Assembly: GCF_009914755.1 (NCBI RefSeq)
Contig: NC_060947.1
Source of the DNA: the human T2T-CHM13v2.0 reference genome, Homo sapiens
DNA: 64,000 nucleotides
Reading direction: 5' to 3' (one strand)
Shown: positions 1-13,287 of the stretch, piece after piece
How positions within the stretch are numbered: the first letter of the stretch is position 1
Layout: the number at the start of each line of letters is the position of its first letter
Notes under the pieces: model-generated
Told to the model about the DNA's origin: nothing
What the model saw: only the letters and a program-made list of their open reading frames with translations
The model's database searches: none
Position numbers and translations under genes: made by a program

Positions 1-446
1 TGATGTATGAAATGGAGAACAAAATCTGTATGGTTCTGCAGTAAAGGGCATGCAAAACTAGAGAACGGCTCTGAAATGATGTGGAAAAACAGCAATCTAC
101 TTTTCTTTAAAAAAATTAAAGGCTTATGCTTCACATAAATTCATGTCGATTTTCCAGGCATTATTTGGTTATAACGTCTGAGGCATTGCATGGATTTACT
201 GGTACCTAAAGTGTGGATTTATTCTTAAGAAGCATGCAGCTCTACAATCTTGTACAGTGAAACGTTGGGCACTCACAAAGTTATGCAAGACAGGTTATGA
301 TGTGGGCTTAAGAAAGGTGTTGAGAGCTAGGAGTAGAGATATAGAAGAAAAAAAGTGTAATATTTTCAAGAAAGAGTAATTAGTTTGTAAGTGGAGGCTA
401 CTTTCATTGTTTTTTTTTTTTTAATTTTGATGTTTTAGTGTTATGT

Positions 447-733
447 TTTTTGAGACAGAGTCCAGCTCTGTTGCCCAGGATGGAGTGCAGTGGTGTGAGC
501 ATAGCTCACTGCTGTCTTGAACTTCCAGGCTCAAGTGATCCTCCCACCTCAGTTTCCTGAATAGCTAGGACCACAGGCATGCACCATCATGCCTGGCTAA
601 TTTTTAAATATTTTGTAGAAACTGGGTCTCCCTTTGTTATCCAGGCTGGTCTCCAACTCCTGGGCTCAAGTGATCCTCCTCCCTTGGCTTCCCAAAGTGT
701 TGAGATTACAGGCATGAGCCACTGTGCCAGGCC
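447..733 (-). mobile_element. Alu (AluJ-like)
   Basis: poly-T then GAGACAGAGTC...CTCCCAAAGTGTTGAGATTACAGGCATGAGCC = reverse-complement dimeric Alu. Confidence 0.9.
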
Positions 734-794
734 AACATTGTTTTTAATATATGACTTGTAAGGCAAGTTGGGGGGCATTAATTCCTTATTAAGA

Positions 795-1265
795 TGTACT
801 GAGTTGAATAAAAGCCCCTCCAACCATCAACCCCCCAAAATATATGTCCAAGTACTAAGCTCCAGAATTTGTGAATGCAAACTAATTTGGATAAAGAGTA
901 TTTGCATGTAATTAAGGAAAGATTCTTGAGATTAGATCACTATAAATTACCCAGGTGGCCTTTAAATCCAATGACCAGTGTCCTTCTAAGAGACAGAAGA
1001 GGAGACACAGACACAGAGGAAAAGGTCACGTGGAGATGGAGGCAGAGAATGTAGTGATGTGGCCACAAGCCCAGGGACACCTGGAGCCACCAGGAGCTGG
1101 AAGAGGCAGGAAGGATCCTCTCCTAGAACCTCCAGGGGGAGCGCACCCCTGCCCACACCTTGATCTCAGATTCCTGGTCTCCAATACTGGAAAAGAGTAA
1201 ACATCTGTTACTTTACGCCATCCAAGTTTTTGTTATTTGCTACGGCATCCATAGGAATTAAAAAC
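795..1265 (+). mobile_element. MaLR LTR (MLT1C-like)
   Basis: TAAATCCAATGACCAGTGTCCTT, GGAGCTGGAAGAGGCAGGAAGGATCCTCTCCTAGA, CACACCTTGATCTCAGA motifs typical of MLT1. Confidence 0.8.
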
Positions 1266-1577
1266 CTATAGGTATGAATTTTATGTTGCTGTCAAAAGGC
1301 TTCTTCTAGGATAAGTAGATATTTCACCTAGATAGTTGTAGCTTTTTCTCCTCTTCATTGGGATCGGAACTCAGTTGGTGTCCTCCATCCTCCTATCTCA
1401 ATATTGATTTTACTTACTCTTTAATCCTAACAATGAGCCTTTTTATATTGCTTAATTAAATATCAATGTCTTTCTGGTCAACATGAGACCAAAAACCTTT
1501 TTACCTTGGGCCTGAGAAAGAGCAGTATTTCTCCTCCTCCTCTTCCTCTTCTTCCTCCTCCTTCCTTCTTCTCCCTC

Positions 1578-1870
1578 TTTTTAGAGATGGGGTCTCTCTC
1601 TGTTGCCCAGGCTAGAGTGCAGTGGCATAATCCTAGCTCACTGCAGCCTCAAACTCCTGGGCTCAAGTGATCTTCCAGCCTCAGCCTGCTGAGTAACTGG
1701 GACCACACATGTGCAACACTGTGCCCTATTTTTTTGTTTTTTTAACTTATTTATAGAAATGAGGTCTCACTATGTTGCCCAGGCTGGTCTCATACTTCTG
1801 GCCTCAAGTGTTCCTCCTCTTTGGCCTCCCAAAGCACTGGGATTACAGGTGTGAGCCACCATGCTTTGGC
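1578..1870 (-). mobile_element. Alu (AluJ-like), preceded by CT-rich simple repeat 1530-1577
   Basis: reverse-complement Alu motifs. Confidence 0.9.
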
Positions 1871-2414
1871 ATGGTGGGGTATGCAGTAGGAGAGCAGGGG
1901 TGGTGGTAGTGTCTCCATATGTACTCTCACTAAAACTGGTGTGGGCAGATACTGGATGCCTACTTATTTAGGGGCATCTAAATTCCTGTGCTAAATTAGA
2001 AAACAGAGGCAGCTCTTGAAAGGAGTGATGGCATGAAGGAGAGATGCTTGGACCAACCACCACACAACCCTTATAAATAATTGATACCCTTGGTTTTGAT
2101 GCCACGTCCTCTTCGACAGTTGTTGGTTGAAATGACACATGATTCCAGGTGAGCTTTTCCAGATAAATTGCCCTGGAACTTCAGACTTTGTCGGGTGAAT
2201 CGATGTGGAATTTCAGAATGGGCTGGAATGTCTAAGATGGGCATGTCCAATATTCAGCTCAGTGTGGGGAAACTGGTGGTGGCCAGGGCTGGTTGCAAGC
2301 TGAGTTGTAGGGGTGACAGTTCACCTGAGAAACAAAAAAACATGCAAGTCCTGGTTCATGAGGAGTGATTTCACAAATAGTGACCATGGAAGTCAATGTT
2401 GAAAAAACAAATAG

Positions 2415-3050
2415 ATTCAGGGCATAAGGGTGCAGGTTTGTTACATGGATATGTTGCCTAGTGGTGGGGATTGGCCTTCTGTCCCCTAAACAGTGAACAT
2501 AATACCAGATAGGTAATTTTTCAACCCTCATCCTCTCCCACCTTCCCCCTTTTAAAGGTGTCCAGTGCCTGTTATTCCATTCTATAGGTCCATGTGTACC
2601 CATTTTTAGCTCCCACTTATAAGTGAAAACATGTGGTATTTGATTTTCTGTTTCTGAGTTATCTCACTTAGGATATTGACCTGCAGCTCCATTTATGTTG
2701 CTGCAAAAGATACAGTGATACAGTTTCATTCTTTTTTATAGATGCATAGTATTCCTTGGTGTGTGTATACCACATTTTCTTCATCCAATGAACATTCAGG
2801 TTCATTCCACGATTTTGCTATTGTGAATTGAGGTGCAATAAAAATGTAAGCATAGGCATCTTTTTTGATAATTTCTTTTCCTTTGCATAGATAATCATTA
2901 GTGGAGTTGCTGGGTCAAAGGGCAGATCTATTTTTAGTTCTTTGGGAAATCTACATACTGTTTCCTATAGAGGTTGTACAATTTACTTCTCACCAACAGT
3001 GTATAAGCATTCCCTTGTCTCTGTACTCTTGCCAACATGCGTCTGTTGTT
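2415..3050 (-). mobile_element. L1 3' end fragment (old L1PA/L1PB-like)
   Basis: GCAGGTTTGTTACATGG, TTTAGCTCCCACTTATAAGTGAAAACATG L1 3'UTR motifs. Confidence 0.8.
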
Positions 3051-4021
3051 TTTGGAAGTCAGTGTTTTTCTACAAGACCTTCATATTGGCTATAAATAAA
3101 AGTGATACCTTGGAAGAGAGTCTATTTCTGGACAGCCAGAGAGGGAAATGGGAATGATCAGGAAACATACCGGGATTATAAGAGAGCTTCATTATTTTGG
3201 TCTGGCTTGAGTCCGTAAATGGAGTAGCCTCTTAGCGGAACAAAATTTCCTCCAATTATAATGGTAGTTGCCAGAGGCAACAACAGTGAAAGAGCCATTT
3301 AAAAAGTCAAAACCAGAGGAATCATTTGACTAGAACCTTCAATGGCTTTGAGTCACTATGCCAGACAGCTCAATTATCTTATCTCTGCCGTGAAAAGCTG
3401 TCTTTTTCTTGTACTTACATCTCTTGAGCAGAATCTCACATAAAACATGCCCTAATTACATGGTCCCTATTAGATACTACACCAGGGAGTGCTTGGCTTT
3501 GATGGTGCCCAGATTGTCTGAAGTCTGCAGAAATCCACTGCAGGCAGAGGCATTTGGGTGGACCATGTTCCCAAGATTATCACTTTGTAAAATATGGCTC
3601 TTGGGAGGGCAAATTTGCATGTAGGGTATTCTGAGGAACAAGTGTCGTACTGCCATCCTAAGGGTCCCTTATGGCAATGCCTGAGTTATGTGTAATTACA
3701 ACAGCCATGGGTCTAGAGCTTAAGCCTCCTGCTTCCATGGAACCAATGCATTCAAAGGTTGAAGGCACCTTTGAGATTTTCTAGGCTGGCTACCAAGTCC
3801 TATGTAGGAGAAAGATGAAGTCTAACAAAGCCAGGTGATTTTCAGCCACACAATGTGTACCTTGATCTAGGGTCAGGTTATTCAGCCTCCTACTACACCA
3901 AATTTTAGAATACAATTTTTATTAGGTGGGATTTAATTAATGTCACTGATGTATAAAAGTAAAAAGAACATGTTACAGATGTAAGATATATAGATTATAT
4001 ATTTATCTGTATACATAAGAG

Positions 4022-4405
4022 AAATAGATGGACGGATGGATAGATAGACAGATGGATAACTAGAAGATAGAAAATTACACACATACATTCATAAATACAT
4101 ATATACATAGATGGATAGATAGATGATTGACAGAGAGAACAATATAGGTAAATGTAGATAGACGATAGATGATAGAAAGATAGACAATAGGTAGATAGAT
4201 GTTAGATGGAATAGATGACAGATTAATGATAGGTAGATAGAATAGATAGATAATGAATAGATGATAGAAAGATAGACAGATAGACAATAATAGGTAGGTA
4301 GATAGATGATAGATGGAATAGATAGATAGAAGGTGGATAGATATATGGAATAGATGATAGATTATAGATGGAATGAACGGATAGATAGAATATAGTAATA
4401 GAATG
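4022..4405. repeat. degenerate (GATA)n/(TAGA)n array
   Basis: ~380 bp of GATA/GATG/GACA variants. Confidence 0.9.
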
Positions 4406-4619
4406 CATCTACCTGAAAATACAAGAGAGAAGAAAAAGAGATTGGGAGTTTTTCCACTCTATAACTTTGGGGCAAAGAAAATAGCATTAATGAAAAAGCA
4501 AAGAACGGGAAAATAAAAAGTTTTTATCCAGAACCACCCTTCCAGCAAAAGAAAATGTAGGGCAAGCAAAATATTAAGCATTTCATACTCACTTGTGTAG
4601 GCCACGGGAACTATTATGA

Positions 4620-5063
<444 letters not shown>

Positions 5064-5185
5064 TAATGTAATGCAATTCAATAGATTTTCTCATTAAAAT
5101 AAAATCTCAGCCTCTCTCCATTGCATAGGATGAAGCAGGCATGATGTAGGGCAAGCTCACTGGCTGGATTCAGACCCTTGAAGGA

Positions 5186-5555
<370 letters not shown>

Positions 5556-6254
5556 CTATTCTGCTTCCTCCTGACATCCCAAAGGACACAGGATGGCCTG
5601 AGCTCCCAGGTACCCTGGGTTTCCCAGTAAGAATTCCAGGAGTGTTGAGAGAAATGCAAATTGTCTCTGCAGAGCAGCAGACCCCAGAGCTTAAAGGCTT
5701 CTCTCCGTTCACAGATTGCCGCATGGAGATGAGAGGAAATAGAGGGTGAACAGATCTCCTGCTACTGCACATGCTACTTTTGATTTCCCAGCTGGTGTTT
5801 GAAGGCTGTGCAAGGTGTTGGTTTGCAGGATGATGGAGACCCAGATCATTGTGAATCCATGACCGTGTGGCCGTTTGCATCGACTCAGCCTTACTGCAGA
5901 TACTAACCTTCATTCCCCTCTCCAGCTATGCACTGGTTTTCTGCATACCACTTGGAATTTATGTTGGCTCTGAGTCATCTGACTCTCACATGAGAAAGAA
6001 CCAAATAATGACCTGTTATTTTAAAAGAAAGTATCTGCATATGGCTTCTTGTCTGCCGAATGTTGCACATTAGGCCTTTTTTATTGAGTTTCAAATAAAC
6101 CCCTGAATTAATTCTGCAGGCAAAGGCATTGATGTTAGCACCATTTGATCGCTTGAATGCACGTCATAACAGCATTTTAACGTGCTTACAGCAAGGGGGA
6201 TGAGACCATATCGAGGATGCACTTTGTCATTATTAAGGTTAAAAACACCAAGAT

Positions 6255-7054
6255 AGCTGGGTGCGGTGGCTCAGGCCTGTAATCCCAGCACTTTGGGAGG
6301 CCGAGGTTGAAGGAAGAGAAAGACCCTCTCATATTATTTTATATTGTTTTATACTCAGTACCTGTTTTAAGCAAAAACAGCAAGGAAGTAAAACCAAAGA
6401 CAGGCAGCTCGGTGCCAGGCCTGAAACCAGGCCTGGGCCTGCCTGGCCTACACCCAGTAGTTAAAAATCAACTCATGACTTAGAAACCGGTGTTATTCAT
6501 AGATTCCAGACATTGTATAGAAGAACACTGTGAAACTCCCTGCCCTGTTCTGTTTCTCTCTGACCACCGGTGCATACAGCCCCTGTCACGTACCCCCTGC
6601 TTGCTCAAATCAATCACGACCCTTTCATGTGAAATCTTTAATGTTGTGAACCCTTAAAAGGGACAGAAATTGTGCACTCGGGGAGCTCGGATTTTAAGGC
6701 AGTAGCTTGCCGATGCTCCCAGCTGAATAAAGCCCTTCCTTCTACAACTCGGGGTCTGAGAGGTTTTGTCTGCGGCTCATCCTGCTACAAGGTGGGTGGA
6801 TCACTTGAGTCCAGGAGTTTGAGACTAGCCTGGCCAACATGGCGAAACCCTGTCTCTACAAAAAATACAAAAATTAGCCAGGTGTTGTGTTGTGTACCTG
6901 TAGTCCCATACTCAAGAGGCTAAGGTGGGTGGATCTCTGGAGCCTGGGAAGTCAAGGCTGCAGTGAGTGGAGATCATGCCACTGCACTCCAGCCTGGGTG
7001 ACTGAGCGAGACTCTGTCTCAAAAAAAAAAATAAAAAAAAAAAAAGAAGAAGAA
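6255..7054 (+). mobile_element. Alu interrupted by a solo LTR (Alu parts 6255-6307 and 6790-7054)
   Basis: ...GGGAGGCCGAGGT [LTR] AGGTGGGTGGATCACTTGAG... rejoins into a normal Alu. Confidence 0.9.
6308..6789 (+). mobile_element. solo HERV-E-family LTR (LTR2B-like)
   Basis: TG...CA termini, CCCTTAAAAGGG TATA-like box, AATAAA, 4-bp TSD AGGT (6304-6307/6790-6793); 3' half clearly homologous to the proviral LTRs at 36426 and 46280. Confidence 0.88.
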
Positions 7055-7059
7055 AAGAC

Positions 7060-7610
<551 letters not shown>

Positions 7611-7629
7611 CAGGCCTCCTTTTTTCACG

Positions 7630-8057
7630 GAGGATTTATTTTAGGAAACTTGCAATTGTGAGTTCTTTCTCTATCTCTTTGAGATGCAAATCTTCTCCCA
7701 AATTTTCTTCTAGCCTCTTCCTAGTTTTGCAACCCAGGAATGCCTTTCTCAAGACTTCAGAGCCATCCCTTTAAAATGCAATTATTGAAGGAGATGATAC
7801 ATCTGTGTCTCAGTTTTTGTAGAAGGGCAGATTCCTAGTTTTGAAAAATTCCAATGAGCCAACGCAGATAGCTTTACAGCATTTCCTAACCTCTTCCTGA
7901 TGTCTCCAGTTCCTTCTCAGCATCTCACCCCGGCACTTAAAAACTCTCCAGCCTTTTGTTTCAACAAAGTTAAGCTCCTTCTCTCTTCCGTATTGCAGTA
8001 GTCCTGACTGAGTCCTTCCTTGAAGGTTTAACTTGTCTGGTACAATTTTTTCTGACA
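7630..8057 (+). mobile_element. ERV1 LTR fragment (MER31-like)
   Basis: GCAACCCAGGAATGCCTTTCTCAAG...GAGCCATCCCTTTAAAATG; ends TTTTTTCTGACA. Confidence 0.55.
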
Positions 8058-8519
8058 ATGTCCAGATCAGATGATCCCACAGAAACACTGAGTGTGATTT
8101 TAGCCTGAGAAGGGGGAGGATGAGAAGATAGATTGGGAGACAGCTGTGTAGGCAGGGGACTTGGCCACTCCCTAAACCTCTCCCAGTCTCACCTGTAAAT
8201 GGAGTGCATAGGCAGCAGTGCTTCTCTTCCGAGGCTGGGGTGATGGAAACAGACTATTGAGGGCATCTGGAAGGGCATCTGTGTCAGGGTTAGTCCTCAG
8301 GGCATGGTGGCCAATGGGTTTCTTTTGGTTGACTGTTGACAATGCGTTTGTTGAATGGCAGCCTGCACTAGGCAACGCTGAAGCCACAGAAGACACCGCA
8401 GTGGGAAAACCAGCATAAGCCGCTGCCCCCAAGGAACCTCAAAGCCCAGGCAGAGGACCAGCCATCCCAGTCGCACAGGTAAAGTGTGTCACCTGTCAGG
8501 TGGGCTTGGGGTGAGCGGG

Positions 8520-9380
8520 TGGGGGGAGTGTGTGTGCAAAGGGGGTGTGAGTGTGTATGTGTGTGAGCACATGTGAGTGTGATGGCTAGTGTGACTGCAT
8601 GTAAGGGAGTGTGAACAAGCGTGTGAGGGTGTGTGTGCAAGTATGTATGCATATGAGAATATGTGTCTGTGGATGAGTGCATTTGAAAGCCTGAGTGTGT
8701 GTGTGTGTGTGGTCATGAGGGCAAGTTAGTGACTGAATGCGCAGGATGTGTGAGTGTGCATGGAACACTGTCAGTGTGTGTGTGGCAAGTGTGTAGGTGT
8801 GTGAGGACAGGCAGAAGTGTGTCAGTGTTGTGATGATGGAAGTGTGAATGAGTGTATGAGTGTGCAAAAAGGTATGGAGTGAATGTGCATGGAAGTGTGT
8901 GTGTAAACTATGAAGGCATGTAGTATGTCAGTATGTGAGTGTGCAGTGCATGTGTGTGGGAGGGTGAGCGTGTGAGTTAGTGTGACTGCTTGTGGGTGTG
9001 TTTATGAGTGTGTGCCAGTGGGTATGAGTGTGAGAGCATGTAAAAGTGTGTGTGTAGTGTGACAGTGTGTGTGTACTGTGACATTGTGTGGCTGCGTGTC
9101 AGTGTTTATGAATGACAGCATGTGAAAGTATGCATGTGTATGTGGGTGCATACATGTAAGTGTATGAGGGTGCGTGTGATGGTGTAAGTGTAGGGTTGTG
9201 ATGCATGAGTGTGAGTGTGGCTGTGTTTTTCAGTATATGACTGTGTATGTGTATTGGGTGTGGACCTGAGTGTGCTAGTGTGCAAGGGCAAGTGTAAAGG
9301 GCATGAGAATGCAAGTGTGTGTACATGAATGAGTGGGAGTGTGTGCATGGGAGTGAGTGCATGTGCCTGTGTGAGTGCAC
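8520..9380. repeat. (TG)n-rich low-complexity tract
   Basis: ~860 bp of degenerate TGTG/GAGTG units. Confidence 0.9.
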
Positions 9381-10238
9381 TCTCAAAAGCGTGGAAGGGT
9401 GCAAGCCTCCCCCACTAACTCCTGTCCCCTGCTGAAATCATCTTTCCCACCTCCTTCCCTGCCATCCCTACAGTGTACCCCATAAGAGTGCTGGCTTTCC
9501 TTCCGGGCACTCTGCCCTCCCCCATTTCAGGCATCCCTGCACACCCGTTCTGTACAAGAAGGAGGTACCTCTTCTCTGCATCCGTAGGTTCTGCACTCCA
9601 GGGGTAGCTCCCCACAGCTGGTCCACAGACCATCACCCACCCCCCCAATTGCCACCCAGAGGGATGAGAGGGCTTACAACAGTGGGGACAGCTGGTGCTA
9701 GCCCCTAACCCTACTAAACTTCCATAGAGACCCTTACAGGGCTTTTCCATTGGGAAAAGTTGGGGAAAACCCAGGAACATTCAGAAGTGCAGTGAAACCA
9801 TGTCTTGGATGGCTTGGGAGGGATGCCGTTTATCCCGGGAGACAGGATTGAGTGCTAGAAGGCTGGGCAGGGGGGGAGCTGTTTGAATAGCTGAGGTGAG
9901 AAAGTGGGGAAAAAAGTGACATAGTAGATAAAATACAAGGTAAAATAAAGTATAGCCACCTGAAGAAACAATGTTGGACCATATTGGGCAGATTTAAAGA
10001 TTATGTGTGGGCAGTCATGTTATCTACCATGCCTCCCATTTTAAATTCATGTTTTCTTAGAATGTTATTATTCTAACATATATTTAACTATTTCAAAGCA
10101 TAGAATTCGGTGGCATTTAGTACACAGCATGCATAATATTGTACAACCATCATCTCCATCTCCCTGAACATTTTTATCACCCTCAAAAAAGAATATCACC
10201 CCCATATTCATCAAGCAAAAGTTAATTTTAATTATTAA

Positions 10239-10594
<356 letters not shown>

Positions 10595-10702
10595 CACACT
10601 TATTTTTGAAAAGCAATTCTTGATTTCATTTATTTTAAAAGGATCCTCTCTCTTCCCTCTGTTATGGTGATTTTCTTGTGTGGCTTAAATAGCAAATTGA
10701 AC

Positions 10703-10717
10703 CCACTAGATGGCACC
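10703..10717 (+). promoter_or_regulatory. candidate CTCF binding site
   Basis: CCACTAGATGGCACC matches CTCF core CCASYAGRKGGCRS in non-repeat DNA; motif match only. Confidence 0.55.
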
Positions 10718-11746
10718 AAACACTAGCATTTTTTAAAAAAAACAGCAACTCAGAAATCAATGATTTTTGACACAATCTACTGTTCTTTCTTAGACCTTCA
10801 TGTGAGGTTTAGCTGGGGGGTGAAAATGCATGAATGGCAATGTTTTTGCAATGGAAGGAGCTATCTGGTGCAGAGAACCCAACTATGTAATTATTATTGC
10901 ATCATAGGTCAACCAGGTGTGCTTAGAATGTGAGAAAAATACAATTTCCCCATTATTTCCAGGTGAGGTCAACCAAAGGTGAGTGAAACTGGCTCAGTCA
11001 CCTGCTTGGGGCACTTCCAAGGTAAATGCTGCAGGCTCCCAGAGGAGAAAATTAAATACACAGGGATAATGAGACTGTGCAAATTTTTTAAAAATTTCAT
11101 AATCCCAGTGGAATAGCTTATTTATTTATTTATTTTTACAATGGAGGTATTTACCTGTCTGAGCTATTATGAATAAAAATGCATGGTATCAGTGGACACG
11201 TCTTTGTCTATAGGCTATTTCTATTTTTTTTTCTTGGTTACATGTTTAGGTTCATATGCTGCACTGTTTTTCAAAAGTTGTCGTTTCACTTTGCACTGTG
11301 AATGTAGGAGGGTTGTAGTTGCTTTATATTTAGTGCTTGTTATTGTCAAGCTTGAAAATGTTATTTATGCTCGTGGTCATGTAGGGATATCTCATTGTGT
11401 CTTTAATTTGCAGTGCTCTGATCACTAATAATGATGGTATCTTTGTTTATATACCTATTGGCTCCGTGTGTGTGAGAGTGTGTGTGTGTGTATTATTTTT
11501 CTGTGAAGTATTTGTTCATATATTTTGTCAGTAGTCTGTTGAGTTGCTTGTCTTTTGTAATTGAGTTGTTTATATATTCTGAATATATAATAAATATATT
11601 TTATGTAATGTTTTTTCCCAGTATGCAGCTTATCTTTTCTTTTATTAATGATGTTGTTTAAAGATAATTTTGAATTTTGATAAAGTCCACTTCATCCATT
11701 TTTAAAAATATTATGATTCATGCTTTTAGTGTCCTATCTAAACAAC

Positions 11747-12023
11747 CTTTTCTTTTCTTTTCTTTTCTTTTCTTTTTTTTTTGCAACCTCCACCTCCTGG
11801 ATTCAAGCAATTCTCCTGCCTCAGTCTCCCAAGGAGCTGGGATTACAGGTGCACGCCACCAAGCCAGGCTAATTTTTTTTTTTTTTTTTTTTTGCATTTT
11901 TTTGTAGAGATGGGGTTTCATCATTGTTGGCCAGGCTGTTCTCAAACTCCTGACCTCAAGTAATCTGCCTGCCTCGGCCTCCCAGATTGCTGGGATTACA
12001 AGCATGAGCCACCATGCTCAGCC
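11747..12023 (-). mobile_element. Alu (AluS-like) lacking ~60 nt of right-arm 3' end
   Basis: poly-T joins directly to GCAACCTCCACCTCCTGG. Confidence 0.85.
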
Positions 12024-12725
12024 CTAAAAAATCTTTTCTATACCAAGTTCAAGAAGAGTTGTTCATGTGTTTTCACCTAGATGCTTAATAGTTCAGCTTT
12101 TTCATTTACGTCTATGATACATTTTGATAAAACCTTCTAAATAGTATGAAAAAAGGGTTTTTTAAAAATTCCTAGAAGAATACTCAGTTATTCTTACACC
12201 ATTTCTTGAAAAGCTTATTATTTCCACATTGAGTCAATTGACCATGGATATGTGGTTCTATCTTATATCATTGTTTTCCCTGTCTGTCCTACTGCCTGTG
12301 ACACATGACATTGATACTGTTGCCTTCTAGTAAATCTTGAACTTAAGAAGCATATGTGCTCTAATTTTGTTGTTCTTTATCTAAATTACTTTGCTATTCT
12401 AGGTCCTTGGCATTTGCAGGTAAATTTTGGAGTTAGCTTGTCAATATAAAAAAAATCCTAATGAAACATTGATTGACATTTCATTGAATCAGTAGATCAA
12501 GTAAGAGGAAATTATCAGCTTAACAATGCCAATACTTTCAAATAATAGAGATGATATATCTCTCTATGTATTGGTCTTCATAAATTTCTCTCATCAACAT
12601 ATATATTTAAAAACTTTCAGTGTTCAGGTGTTGCATAAATTTGCTAAATCTGTCTCTCAGTACTACTTTCTATTGTAAATGACATTTAAAATAATTTGTT
12701 TTCCAACTTTTTGTTACTGGTATAA

Positions 12726-13030
<305 letters not shown>

Positions 13031-13181
13031 TAATTTAATTTTTAAAATTAGCCATGTATTCTGTGACCTTCTAAATCCATTTATTATTCTGGTAGCTTTT
13101 CTGCAGATGCTAGAGAATTTTCTACATGCAAGATCATGTCATTATGAATAAAAACTATTTTACTTCATTCCAATATATGCC

Positions 13182-13200
13182 TTTCCTTCCCTCCCTCTCT

Positions 13201-13256
<56 letters not shown>

Positions 13257-13287
13257 TCCTTCCTTCCTTCCTTCCTTCCTTCCTTCC
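13182..13287. repeat. (CTTT)n-(CCTT)n microsatellite
   Basis: direct inspection. Confidence 0.95.

Noticed and set aside
8368-9404. His/Thr-rich ORFs; also 28754-29221 and Lys/Glu/Arg or Phe/Leu/Ser ORFs at 13165 and 49252-49593
   Set aside because: Artefacts of (TG)n and (CTTT)n repeats.
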